The notes beneath the pieces are model-generated. The model had not been told where the DNA came from. It saw only the letters and a program-made list of their open reading frames with translations, and did no database searches. From Podarcis erhardii (taxonomy: Eukaryota), in the NCBI GenBank assembly GCA_964252035.1, contig CAXUOO010000127.1: 64,000 bases of DNA, one strand, 5' to 3'. Position numbers and translations under genes: made by a program. Shown here piece after piece: positions 13,982 to 28,700 of this stretch (positions within the stretch are counted from its first letter, which is position 1; each line of letters starts with the position of its first letter).

Positions 13982-16670
13982 CGTCGACCATAAAGTGATA
14001 GGATCAGTAAGATTTTTAAGGATCTCTGGACTACACAGTGGAACATGCACGCATTCACCCAGATAAGCACGATGAGCTTGCGCGAGAGCGCGCTCCCCTC
14101 ATTTTTCAGTTCATTTTCCGCAACAGTAGTTCATATGGACATATGAATCTATACGTATATACATATATATATATATACATATACAATCCAGTGAGTCTAT
14201 GCATCTGTATGTGTATAGTCTGACAGACGAACAGGTCAGTGCTAGCGTTCAGCTCTCGTACACACAGAGAGAGGATCTGAATAAAGAAAAAATCATTAGT
14301 CTGATGCAGGCACCGTTGACGACAAACGCATACAGAAATATCTCCAGAAATGTTATCCAAACGGAGATACAGAACCCTTCAGCTGTTACAAATCGAGAGC
14401 TACACTTCACGAAAGCGTGTGTACAATGCATATATTTGTACATATTCTTCGCCACCTGCACTACATAACTTCTCGAACCATTGACTGTTTCATTTTCATT
14501 AAAAAAATGCCTGCGAAAATCTTTGCTATTGTAATATGCAAGAGGAGATAAATAGATAAACATTGAAAACAATCAGTCCAGCTAGTTTGCTATACCTTTA
14601 TTGGCTGTCTGTGTGGAAAGTGGTCGGAATTATAATGATAGACTAGTGCATGACGAAAAGTACGCTCATGCAGTGCTATCCAGACGGTACGGCCAGGCGC
14701 GTGTATACAGTGAATTTGCTTTTTCATATTTTAATGCACAAACTGTGCATGTACGCGAACACAGACAGTCAGCACCGTGAAAGTATTATTAGTAAAAAAG
14801 AATCGGTACCTGCTGTTCTTCCCGTCACCTGCTTCATGGTGATTACACAAGAGTAGATATGGATTTCCACTTAGCTACTACAGTGTACGAGTACATGTAC
14901 ATATCTATATATATATATATACATATATATGTATTCATACGTATACGTGTATATAAAGACATAAAAATATGCACATACGTATACATGTAGGCATACGTAA
15001 ACGAGCCGTTATTAGAACGGCTAATAATAATATTATTATTAACGGTCCCGACTCAAACGCACAGAGTCGTACGTGAAAAAGCGTATCACTGCAACTCAAC
15101 TGACTGTAAACGTGCATTGCTGTTGTATCCAAAGCTCATTTTCTTACCATCTTCTTCAGCAGTTTCTCCGTAATTCGACGGATTTTCAGCTTGGCTGCAG
15201 AAACACCAATTGCCGCACTCACAAGGATATACATGAGTGCAGGATGCGGATCAATTTTATGGACTCAGAAACGTGAAGTACCTACTAAGTAGTTACTTGG
15301 TGTACCCCGATTGAGAGCTACACATCGCATGAATGAGTCTCAAATATATTTCTATATACATATACATATACGTACAAAAAGGCTCACGCTAGATGACTGA
15401 TGGTAAAAAAATGTTTGACTTCCATACTTGGGTGAACAGCGTCTCAAACTGGAGATGAGTTGTATAGCGAATGACAAAATCGTGCCATATAAGAATGTGT
15501 GTGTATATATCTATTTCATAGACGCATAGCGGTACAGGCGCGCTAGCGCACATACACACACGTGGTCGTCAGTACCTCACAGCCAACGAAAAAGGCATAT
15601 CCATCACGAGCTGTAATTGTACACTCAGCAGGCGATCACACAAATTGCTTCATTTGAACTCTTTAAATTAGTGATATTTGAAAAATGTGCGCTAATGAAA
15701 AAGTTGTTCGAGTTGCAATATTCGCTTTAACGCAGGTAAATTAACTTTGCTGACGCGACGGCTGCACGTAGGATTGCAAAGCAGCACCAGTCAAATTTCA
15801 GCTCTTTTTCAATTAGTACGGTAGCATAGTTGCATAGACTGCACTGCTTTGACAAGCGCAAGTTCTTAATTCTCACGTGTGTTACATGCATTGACACCAG
15901 CATACGGAATCGTATACGAACACACTTGTGCAGTAAAGGTAGGTACAAATTATGTGTGTGGTACTGTATGTATACCCGTATATCCACGGACACCTTGAAA
16001 CAAGAGTCAAACAAGTATATCTATAAAAGTAGGTATTTATATCTATATCTAGCTATTTGTAGTCCCTATTGTTTGAATACTGCAAATGATGTGATCGAAC
16101 AAAAAAGAGTATATAATGCACAAAAGAACTCCACAATAAGTGAATATGCAGATGTACGTATGCATACATATGCAAGGATGTAGAATGCTATACTCCGTAA
16201 AACAACTATATAAGGAACAAACATATGTATCGGCACGAATGAATATGAAAAAAAGCCTACGTATATATGTTTATACATATATATATAGATATAAATATAC
16301 ATACAAACACGAATACAGCGTAATATAATACATAATATATAATATGGTATCTAGTGTGTGTTTGTACACTTTATGCTCATGTGTTTGAAGCCTACCTGAG
16401 TCTACATATGCCTATGTATATACGTAAACATACGCCTATATATATATATATATATGCATATCTATATATATATACGTCTATACTTTTATTCTCACACTCC
16501 GTGTAGGCGTCATCGCCTTGATATGTGTTTCATGAGCATGTGAATTATTTATACACCACCTGCGCCGATCAGGAAGAAAGAAATTTACATGATTCGATAA
16601 CATTTATATATATATATATATATACAAGTATATATCTGTACCGAAGACGGAGACGGCTCATGCGTGTTAC

Positions 16671-16702
<32 letters not shown>

Positions 16703-19700
16703 AGTATATATATGTACCGAAGACGAAAATATTTGCGCCTCAAAACATCTGAGACGATATACGCTTCACAACCAAAAAGGCGTGTCAAAACGTACCTTTT
16801 ACCGCTTGCCTTGATGTATACAATTTCATAATTGCTGGTAACAAAGGCTCCAAATCTTCAGCTTCCAAGACGAATATTAAAACCTGCGTTTCAAAACAAG
16901 AACGCAACTGCCTCATGCCGTTGAACTTCAATATAGATTCACTCACTCAATTGCAAAGAAAGTAAATAGGCGCTGCAGAGGCCGTACCTCTGAATAAGTC
17001 ATCAAAGAAGATCACAAGTGTGCGTGTATACTACAGAGACATACGCATATCTATATATGCATAAATAAAAATATCTGCTTAAATATCATCATTGATAGCG
17101 AGCGTAGTTATGTGTACGCAGGAATACGCACATAAATCTGTTTTTTTGACGGTAAAAGGAACCCCAAACGCTTACAGATTGCGGTGCCACTCCACAAGAT
17201 GAACGCTTATGCTTTTCTTATATGTGCACATACATATAAACATAAATATATATATATATATATATATATATTTAACAGTGCTATACATATACAGTAAGGG
17301 TTATTTTACATGCCGTGATGATAACACATACCAATGCATTCAAATATTCCGATTTTAAGAGTAAGTGTCGAATTTGGCGGGTCAAAGAGCATGATACAGC
17401 TGTGTCAGATTATCAGGTTGAAGAGCTGCCGTGTGGACTTTATCAAAGTACAAACCAGCTAAATGTATAGTGCAAATACATGCAATTCAGACTTTCATAT
17501 CACTCCAGCTCACAAATTCTGCATAGATGGTGGTGACCGTGAACTGTTTGACAATTGGAACTCGACGTTGCAGAAGTACAAAGTGATAAAGGTGTACAAG
17601 AGTGATCTCAAAAAATGCTCTCTACGCCTTCGTCTTCTCCTCTGTCTCTATGCAAACATTTATATTGATATATCTATACAGACATCATGATTGTAGTCAT
17701 TTTTGCATGCAAATCAATACACACTGTGTAGATATGTATATATATGTATTTACACCTTTACAATACAATCCCCTGATGTTGTATTCAAAAGCACATTTAT
17801 TTATCAATTGAAAAGGTGCGACCATACTTGAACGCGGGAATCCCTGCTGCCCTATGTGACTCGCTCCTCTACTAATATATCCCCGACACAAATACCACAT
17901 ATTTGTGTGTGCCGAGCAGCACGTGTATATTGTATGAATAGATATAAATACACATATTTACCATAAATTCGTGTGAATCTCACTGCGCACCTATGCATAG
18001 GTATGTACGGCTGGTTGTATTTCTTGAAAGTTGATAGATGAGACATTCTACACATTCAACTTGATCTTTGGTTCGATTGATTATTGATTCCCAAGCGTCA
18101 TTCAGTATGGTGAAAAAGAGCTAACATTTGCGTAAGACTACATGATTGCACAAACGATTATACACATATTTGGTAAGAAAGGAGTAACAGAGAAATCTAC
18201 GCATATGTAGACAGAGTTCATGAGCATACGTTTATAAATACAGATTCTATATATATATATATATATATACATAAACAAATCGTACCTGTACACAATGTCG
18301 CAAAGCGCTACACGCATCTATGAAAAACATGTGTGTTTACGTCAATACATTTGTACAAAATCGTATCTGTACATAATGTCGCAAAGTGCTATACGCATCT
18401 ATGAAAGATATGTGTGTATACATCTACACAATTGTATCCTTAGAACCTGGGTGAAATCGGAATCCATTAGTATACTACCGAGCGCATATAAATTTGAATT
18501 CATGATCCTTGAGTCACACACGTACATAACAACACAAGACGTATAGTACGCATACACACAATATGCTTCTACATATACACTAAACCTATAAGCGTAGTAC
18601 GCTCTACCACCTACACCTTTTTGAGAGTGTGCGTAAATCCCCTTATAAACCGCCAGAAAACAAACGTGAAGGTTCCAGGAAAGTTCAAATTTAACGCTTT
18701 CCAGTCAGGAAACATGACAATGGAGCATAAAAATTACTGGAAGCTGAAGTATGAAGTGCACTGTCGAATTCATTACCTTTACGAAATGTAAAGCAGCAAG
18801 GTATACAGGTTTGTTGGCATCCTCCAACATTACCAGAACCACAGATGCGATTTCTGTCACCAGGCGGCACCCCCATGCACTCGCCTGCCACAATCCAAAG
18901 CAGACAAAAAAGCTTCAAACTTTCATATCATCCACAGATTTCGTCGAATATAATGGTCCGCAAAAAGGGGCTACATATAATAATACATGGCTTTGCAGTC
19001 GCACACCGCACGGATACAAATATCAAATATGACAGATGCGCGATACCACGGAGAAATGTATGTCTCCATATATGTAAATGTACAAACATAAATATACGAG
19101 ATATATATATATATATATATATACATTTTTCAAAAATAGGTTTACACGAGTACTACATCCTCATACAGATGTACGAAGAAGGTTCGACTAGTATTGTTGT
19201 ACTCATTTAGCACTTATTAGCGAAACATCGTACACCTCGGCATAAATGTTCCATAGAAGCCCCCACTTGCAGCTTTTGCAATATGACAAAGCCCCCAATC
19301 ATTCTCAAAAGTCCTGTTTGTTGCTGAAGTAGCACTGCACGCAGGCCCCCTCACAGTAGAGCATCAAACAAGTATAGCTGTTTATATAGTAAATAAATAT
19401 GTGCAGTATGTGTGGACGTGCGAATTGAGTACTTACGGTGATACGGAGTACTTATGAGAGGAGTCGTATCAATTTGCAGTCGCTTACTATAGGAAAAAAT
19501 CAGCCGCGCAAGAGCTAGAGTAGCCGCAGATTTCAGAAGTGAAGGGTCCGAGTCGGCACACCCACCCAGTCCAGTGAGCACGAAAAATACAATTTTTTTT
19601 ACTGAAAAAGCAAGGAACACAGCAATTGTGGATGAATTATGCTAAGTTGCATACATACATATATATATATACTATCAAAACACCGAAAAGCTCTGTGAAA

Positions 19701-22700
19701 GAGTAAATGGAAGTATTTAAAGCAGTACAATCCGATATCACGAGCTGCTAGTGAAGGACAAAAGCTATACACAACATAGTACAAGTACATAGTCCACTAC
19801 TTCCGAGACTTTTATTAAAATGTTGCTGAACAAGGTGGCCCGACCGTGCGGCCGTTCGAGCGACAAGTATAATAGCAGAAAAAGCGATAGTAGAAGACGG
19901 TGTAGCAGCTGTCCGCAAAAGAAAAAACTTAACTAGATTGCAGTCGTAAAAATATATATATATATATTTGAATCAGCTAATCCACATGCAACAACCTATT
20001 GAGAAAGCAGCGTCAATTACCTCAACAACGGCAGTGGGGGCAGACGGCAAAAAGCAATATATGCTCCGACAGATGCACGCGACTGAAGATCAAACATACT
20101 TGACGCAGCTGAATCTTGATTTAGATTTCTAGACTTAGGAAATTGTATTGATACGACTGAAATGAATACTTCCTTCTCTTCCCGTAGATATCCATATACC
20201 TATACATATGTATATAGATGTATATATCTATATAGAACAACAAGTTTACGGTCAACAAGCAGCGAATATATGTAGAGTTGCCAGGAAGGTATTGCCTTAT
20301 CGCAGTACAAAGTACAGGTACGTACTTGAACCCAAAGTATATGATTATATACATATATATATGTATCAAAATGTCTTCTGTAGAGCAGTCAGAAACCTCT
20401 CGAGATCTTTTCATGTCTCTATCAAAGTGAAAAAACCACTGCCACTGGAATTTGTGAAGGCGAGTTTGATCCACTGTCCCCCTTCGCCGAGCATAGTGTG
20501 CATTTGAAAAGTCTGCCGATGCGAGAGAGCGTGGTAGCTTATGAAAACATGTGCGTGTGCATATATACATATATACAATTACATTTGAAAGAAGAAATAC
20601 GGAGTTGCATACATATATACAGAGAGCGACACAATATCCCATTCCTACACGAATATATACATAATGTATATGCATCTACTACGTATATATGCTGAAAAAA
20701 TTTCCAACAACGAGAAAGCTTACGCCGTTCGCTGTCGTTCCGGCAGGCTTCGGCCATGGAAGAAAGTGCATCTAGCGCGATCTGTCGAACAGCACGACTA
20801 GGAGTTTTTAAACTCATAAGTATCTCCGGAATAATAGCAGGCAGGGCTTTATTCAGCACTGCCTCCCACTGTTCGACAGAGTCAGCTGGAACAGCAAAAA
20901 GCTCAACAGAGAAAAGAACAACATGAGGACCACAGTGGCAGCAAGCACGAATAATACAGAAATCAATCCAGTCGAAAATTTGGGAGACACATCTTCTTCT
21001 AGCAGATTAGTGTTTGAAGCAGCGGGAGTAGTTGTGCTCCGTTTTGTAACTTACTGCGGAGGCGCCGCTGCATGCCTTGCATAATATAGAGCAGTAGCTC
21101 TGTCTCGAAAAAAGCGACTCTGCTAGATCTATCGCAAAACCCGTTCTCTCTGCCTTCGCTGTTTACTCGCAGTACTTTATATAGAGAAACTGACGTCAAA
21201 ACGAGCGAACTGACAGTTTAATGAGAAAATTGCAACTCTATTGGTGGCAGCTACCAGTCCTTTCGCTCCAAACTTTTTCTGTTCCTGCTTCTTCGCACAC
21301 CCCGTACACCCGAGCATATATGTATGAATAAATAAATAAATATATATATATGTATGAGCATATATGTTTGAATAAACAAATAAATAAATACAATATATAT
21401 ATATATATATATATAGGTGTGTAGAGACCGCTGTGAGTGCACACCAGTACGCGCATGTGTGCAACATACGTACCAAACACGAGAGCGTCTTCGTTCGAGC
21501 GGGCTCTATTTGCCTGTCGCAGATTCGATTCCGCAGCAACAGCGTAGAGACAATAGCAGACAAACTGGCGCCAAGCAACCGAGACGAGGTTTGCCAGCAG
21601 AGTTAGCCCAACTGACAGAAACGACCAGGCTCTAACACAGCCCACAACTTTTCCATGAGCTGGCAGTTGAAAAAGAGCTTTGGCGCTGCGGTGGTGTGCT
21701 GTTCCTGTTCCTGTTGCTGATGCCAGCGAAGTCCACGCGCTATATCCAACTGCAAAACTTAGGAGATGTTTGATTGCTTTGTAGCCTCGACGTAGTAGTG
21801 TTTGAAGGATTTGTATGTTTCAGAACAGTTGCTGCTGAATAGGAAGCATTTTGAACTGTCGACGCTGCGTGTGCTATGCGGGTGTCTCGCCAAGCAAGCA
21901 GACCTTTTACGCACACGTCAACCCAGTTCTCGCAGACAGCCCAGAATTTCGTCAGCTGACTCAGCAAACAGCAGCATCATTGCAGACTCAACAACATGAG
22001 GAGGATGCACGGATCAGGTGTAAGACAGGCACGTTTTTCCAACTTCTCACCCACAAAAAAGATAGAAAATACCTACATATACATATACATATGTGTATAT
22101 ATACACACAGTGAACGGCCGTATTCACAGGTGAGCTTAGTACGTCCGCGACTACGGTTCGATCGACTTTATAGATCACCTAAACTGCACGTGAATACAGG
22201 CAAACACACAAAATTATCCCAGATAACCGTATGATGTATAGTGTGCATAGAGATTAGAAGAGATTCGATAAAAGATCTACTTTTATACTTTCAAGTAAAG
22301 TATCGCTGCGTGGTTTGCGGATGTTAGTACACGAAGAAACAAACCAAGTGCAATACGGAGTAGATATGGGAAAGCCGTGCCTTCCGGCATGCAGGCAGCA
22401 TTAGTGGTGTGAGCTACCGCGTTAAATTAGGGGTAGGCAAAAAACCTTAAATCGACAGCTCTTAGCCCTATCATGCACTAGTATGGTACATATAAAGTCT
22501 CGTGTTACACTTTGTACAGTCGGTAGCAGAAAAAAAACAAGTTTATGGTTTCAAGTTCGCGTACGAGTCTGATTCTCTGTGTTCCACACGAAAAATACAG
22601 CACACAACAAACTCAATATGTATGCTACACACATAAGTGAAGAAAGCAGGACGTACACTTACGCTACGTGTACAATTTGTAGTACAAGAAACGGCATGCA

Positions 22701-25700
22701 GTGATCTGATACACGCACTCATCCTGGCTTCATAACGCAAAAGCACACGCAGAAAAATATTTCCAGAAGCTACTAAGAAATCAATTTGGGAAATTTTTGA
22801 CTCATCGAAAAACATGCTGGAGTCTGGTAAAAAAACCGGTTTTTGGTTATGAGATCTACCGCCGGTTTCCAGGGGTTACCAAAGGTATCTATGTAGATAC
22901 ATGAATTTTACGAGCTTTTATCTGTCTATTCACGCTTGAGTGCACGTGCATATATCTCTGTACACATATCCATTTACATCAAAGAAAAGAAAAAAAAAAA
23001 AGGGAGAGAGGTTCACAGAGGGACAGAGTGGCTCGTTCATTATCAGGACAGAAGTGGAAAGTGTGCGCGCGGCGGGCCTTGCACGTTTGATAAGGCTTAC
23101 ATTTTTAATTTAGAGAAATGTTTGATTGCTTATGAGTTTAAGCAATAAGTGGACAAGCCAAGGGTACCATCTCTTAGGAGAAAATATACTTATGTGAAGA
23201 CGTGAAAATTGACACATTATCAGAATCAACTGCGCGTGCTAATACAAGAAAATCTAAAAAATCTCCTAAGGTGAATTAAAATTCTACAAAAGACTCTAAA
23301 AACATAGTACTATACCTGTACAGACCAAGGCGTGTCAAGAGCAAAATGACTAGACAATTGCAAAAAGCGTCTCTATTACTGATGCATGCCTACCGCTACT
23401 TTGAATCTCTGTTGGCTCGTCTCATCCCTTATTCAAACAAATAATGTATTCCATATATATATTTTGATCGTAGGTTTTTGCTCTGACAATCCCTCACTCC
23501 GTGTTGCAACACCAGCCGTCAATACAGAACAAGTACCGTATAGAATGTCGTTTATTTTTATATTATCAGACCAGAGTCATATTCGGGATTTACGCTCTAA
23601 AATGGTGGTGGATGAAGCAGTGAAGTAGGTCTAGCTTGCAGAGTGAATGTTTCCTCACCAGCAACTGCAGCCAAAACAGGCAGGAGCGCGTCGCTAACAT
23701 CCACCAAAGCAGCGCTTTCGGCGGCCCTAAAACAGAAGTTTTTGTTGCTTTTGCTGCTGCAGTGTCAGCAGCCGCATGTGCTCGCCCCAAAAACGCAGTC
23801 GTAAAGCGTTTCAAATTTGCCTTCAGTAGCTTTTTCAGGGCAAAAAGGCGCATATGCCTGAAACATTTCAGGCACAAGACACAGAAGGACTCTACACTAC
23901 AACACTGCTGCTAACTAGTCCTTGTACACGTATACGGCATATACATATATGTATTTTATGAATAATCTCATGGAAGAATCAAATCTAGTTTCTAAAAATG
24001 TTTGACGCTACATACCGAATCGATCGTGGTTCATGAAGTTCCTCTTTCACACAATAGAAAAAGTTTTTTTCGGCCCCCTTTCAATTCATTTTTTCACTTG
24101 AGTCAACCACGTCCTGTATATATACGCACACGAAAATAGTCTTTTTGTTTATGTGTGACTATTCCGCTATGTTTTTCATGTACATACCAAGTAACGGATA
24201 CAGTTCAGGCACTTCGATTAATCGTGTCGTGGCTGATACTCCCCACAAAAACGTGTGACTTAATGAATATTCGAGGCCCGGTAAGCGTTGTCACGACTTC
24301 TTTCATCTTGGAGAAAAGGAAAGTGCGTAAGTTCTGCAAAATGTGTCAGAGTTGCTCGATAAGTTACCTTCCGCCTTCTACGAAATTCAAAGAAACCACC
24401 TCAAAAGTTCTAAAAGTAGCTGCTACAGCTGAAGCGCCCTTTGCACTTTCGCAGTATAAGTAACGCTGGAGCCGTATCTCCACGCAGCTGCTCAAGCAAA
24501 TCATGCCCCTAGAAATATACATCCTACATGTATCTATAATATATATATAGATATATAGATATATCCGTGGTAGAGTGCGTGATACATGCGCTAAATGTCA
24601 GGCAGTCACAAAGGCGGTAAGTGCCTCCTCCATAGACATGCATGTGTGCAGGAATAGCCGTGGGCACTCTATTCTGTATTATGGAAATCCACGTTGTATA
24701 TATATATGTGTGTACATAAAAAGGTGTGCAGAGCTGCCTCTCTTGGCATACGCGAGAATGTAGCAAATTGCCTTAGACATGGAAAAAAGTCGCTGAAAAC
24801 TACTAGGCAGCATTTGCGGGAAAGCAATTCGCAACGTATTACCGCATACGGTAACGAAGTCGACTTAGCTTGAACACTTTTGAGTACGTTGCCTTTTGAA
24901 AAAAGTCAGAAGATGATTTACAACAACGCTAACATTGAAAATGCACATACTGACATGAGATTCTTACGAACGAGTGCTATGCAACATTGGAGACACCTAC
25001 TACGAAGTATTCCACATCCATCTAACATGACTTTCATAAATCCACGTCAACTGTACGAGTATACACGAAGATTGAAGCATCCGCAGCAAATCTCATGAAC
25101 AGTTATTTCTTATGCAGTAGCTTCTTCTCTCACACGGGAAACCTAAGCGAGAAACAAAGGAAGCACATTCAACAACTCACGAGGCACTGGATACACTGGA
25201 AACCATACCTTGATTGCCCTCAAAAGATGTTGCCCAGCCTTCATTTTCGCACCCTGCGTCAGCTCTTGCAGATTTTCCTTTTCTCCCAGCAGCACAGCGG
25301 CTAGAAAGCTGTGACGGCTGCTGCTGCTGCTACTACTGCTTGCCACTGCTGCTGGTGCTTGACTGTTACCGTGTTAGTGTACTGCTGCTGCTGCTGGACA
25401 CTTTGTGCACCTGTAAAAAACGCACGACAAGGAAACCCATGACATGTGCGGCAAAGTGCTGCAGCACTCGTCTATTCTCGACGGAGTAAGCCGCTGCAAC
25501 AGCAGCACCCACAACTTCAGGGTGTTTCACAGCCTCTTTCTGCACAGAAATGGCCTGCAACAGAGCAGCTGCGCGTTGTTCTTCAGTGCCGTCCCCTTGT
25601 TCACGCGCTCCTCCGTAGCACTTCGTCTACGACAGCCCCAAACGGACTGCCAGCAGAATTCACTGAGTTTGCATCGTCTGCTAGTGTCTTTGCCGTGCCA

Positions 25701-28700
25701 GCAGCTGCTGCTTCGCACAAGTTGCAGATAGCAGCACACATTTCCCCGCGAAGAACTGGCTCATGCACATAGTGAAGCATGGTATCAATCAGCTGCTGGC
25801 CAGCAGCGCTGCTCAGGCACTCAGCCAGATCCAGAGGCGAGTGACAATAGCCAGGCAGCAGCCCTAGAACTTGCTGCTGCAGGCGACACAATTCACGCGC
25901 TTCCACCTGGACAGCCTCTAGCAAGTGCTGCGTGGGCTTTTCGCTGCAGCTGTTCAGACACGGGCAGGAAGTAGCGGGTGAAAACGCTGAGCCGATCACG
26001 CCCTAGACACTGAGGCAGCAGTGGCAGAACCCAGGAATTGCTGCACCACAGCCTGCTCTTTTCTGCCCACTGCTGCAGCTGCTGTTGCTGCCGCCGCGAC
26101 TGCTTTCGGGTGAATTGCCACTGATGAGGAGGCCGCTACTGCGTTGTTGCCTTGCACCGTCGCTGACCACTGCTGGACCCAAACACAGACTCTTCGAGAG
26201 TCATAGACGAAGAGTGCCAAATGGAGCCCGCGAAAGTTGAGAACCAACAAGTTTTCCTGCAGCATCAGTCGCGACTTGAACGTGCGCAGAGCGGCAGTGA
26301 AGCAGCTGCGCAGCTCTCTGTCCTGCATTCAGCGAGGTCTCTTTTCTGAAGGAGCAGCTAGGGTTGCTTGCTGCTGCTGCCGACTAGAAAGGCCCAGCTT
26401 TTCTTCTGCAGTTTCTGCTTCAGCGTCGCTGTCCCTCGTTGTTGCAGTCCAGGGGGACAGCCCGTCTCGGCAGTGGCGAGCATGCAGACAACCTGCTGGA
26501 GCAGAGGCAGAAAGCTGCTGTAGTGAGCAGCTGCAACGACGTCCACGAAACTACACAAACTTCTTTCGCTTCGCGGCTTGTCTTCTGTTGCCCTTGCTGG
26601 ACAGTCCGCTGCTCGCTCTCGCTGCTGCAACACGCACGCTCCCTTTCCTGGAACTGCTGCTGAGAGGAAGCGGCTCTCAGAAACTGCTTGACTGCGAAAG
26701 CTTCCAAGGCCTGCAAGAGCTTAGTGCCCACCTGGAGACTGGTTTCCACCATCGTTTGTATCTGAATGAAGAAAAACAGAGAACAGTCGGCGCTGCAGCG
26801 CGAAAAACAGGGAGTTCGTAGTGTGCAGCTTGCTCTATCAACGCCTCCGCACCCGAGACAGCAGCAGTGAAGACGAGCTGCTCGTCAGAAGCCGCAGCAG
26901 CAGCTCTCGCCATTGCATGCATCGCTCCAGTCCACGCTTTCTCCAGAAAGTTGACACTTGGAGAGTTTTTCGGCTTCCCCTTCACAAACGCTGCAGCTAC
27001 GGCTGCTGTTGCTGCTCCGCTCTTCGCTGCACCTCGTGTATCGTGACCTTCTTCCCCCGCCGTTTTCTTCCGCAGTGAGACGCTCTAGCTGCTCGAGCAG
27101 CAGCCCTGCTGCTTTTTCTTCTTCGTCATCGCCCAGCTCACTCAAAAACGCAGTCTCTTTCCTACTACTGCTACTGCTGCTCTGTGTGGCTGCTGCGCTG
27201 TGGTGGGCATTTGCCTGTGAGAGACGCGACGCGGTAGAGCCACTCTGCAGTGATTTACAGAGGAACCTGTTCCACAGCAGCAACACCTCCAAAAACACCG
27301 GTAGTGCGGCGCACCAGGCAGCAGCATACTGAAAAGCACCACAGCGAATGTGGGCGTTTCTCGAGGGTCGGCTTGTTGAAGCTGCTGCAGCGCTTCGTTC
27401 GCCCAGTAGTTTGCCACATGCACCACCACCAGCAAGAGAAGAAGCGGACACAGCCTCCCACAGAGACACACTGCTTCCGCCTTCTTCCTTGCTGTCATGA
27501 CTCGTGCTGCTAGGCATATCAACCGCACGCTGACGAGCCCGTTGCTGCTGCTGCAGCAGACTCGGCAGCAGCTCGACAGCGACACACAGCAGCAGCCGAT
27601 TCCCAGGCGGAGAGTCGTCGGCGCTACTGTCTGAAGAAGAGGAGTCTCCTCCTTTTTTCTGCGGCCGCTGCTTGGAAAACTGATGACTGCCTTGCTCTTC
27701 TCCTGCTCGTAATAACTGCTGCTGATGCTCTTCTTTCTGTTGTCTTAGGGCGTCGGCAACAGCGCCCGTTACACACCGAAGAGCCTCGGCAGCAGCTCCT
27801 GAGTACTCACCACTTCGACTGGAAAGAGCCACTTGCAGACACAAACTACGAACCGACCGCAGCAGCAACTGCCGTTCGCGTGCTGCAAGCTTCGCGTCTC
27901 TGGGGTAGTTGTTGCTGCTCTCACTCCTGTTGCCAGTAGTGTCGAAACGCAGAGCTCCTGAACTAGGCAGCGTCAGAAGGTGTGCAAGGGCACGCCGCAG
28001 AAACAGCAAGCCGTTTTTTCGGGGAGCTTGACTGCCAGAGCAGGAAAGGACGTCTTTCGTCCTCGTCTCTGCCACCCACTTTTCCAGAACACTTACACAT
28101 GCAGCAACAGAGGCAAGCGCGCCTGTCTGCTCTCTCCACTGTGTGTGAGTGTCTTTCGAAAGTTCTGGGGCTTCTGCTGCCTTCTTCGACGCTGAAAGTT
28201 CCGCAGCTGTGTCTGCTGGTGGGACTGGTGGTCTCGCTGCCTCGACGGCTGCATGCAAAAGATTCTGAGCGACTTGACGGGCACGGTGCCGCACAGACGC
28301 CCGCTTGTCTTTGGTGAGAAGGCGCAGTAGTTGGTGCCACACAGCAGCAGTAGGCTGACAGCAGCAGCTGTTGCTGCATGCGCTGCTGCGCGTTTTTTCT
28401 TCACCCCTGGTGCCCACGCCCGTGCTGTCTGGGCCGCGCACACAAGACCAGGAATAACAGTGGTACAGGGCAGCAATCAGCATCAGTAACGGTCGTGCAC
28501 TATGAAGTTGAGCAGGTCTCATTGTCTCGGTGTAAGACGCGCACTCGAGTGCTTGCAGAAAGGCCGTCAACAGCACTTCATCACAATGTATGAATTGATG
28601 AACCTGTTGGGTAGAGAGCTGATCCAGCAACAGCACAAACAAGAGCGCCATTCCCATGCAAATGCGGTTGCTTGCGTTTTCGTGCTGTTCGCCTCTCTGC

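Noticed and set aside
12241-21450. ORFs containing YIYIYI or IYIYIY runs
   Set aside because: Translations of (TA)n microsatellites, which lack stop codons; not evidence of coding.
21603-26331. In-frame TGA/TAA codons in RRP12 suggesting stop-codon reassignment or selenocysteine
   Set aside because: TGA terminates other genes here (H-protein, 51437 ORF), one of the stops is TAA, and at least the 23765 case is explained by compensating homopolymer indels.
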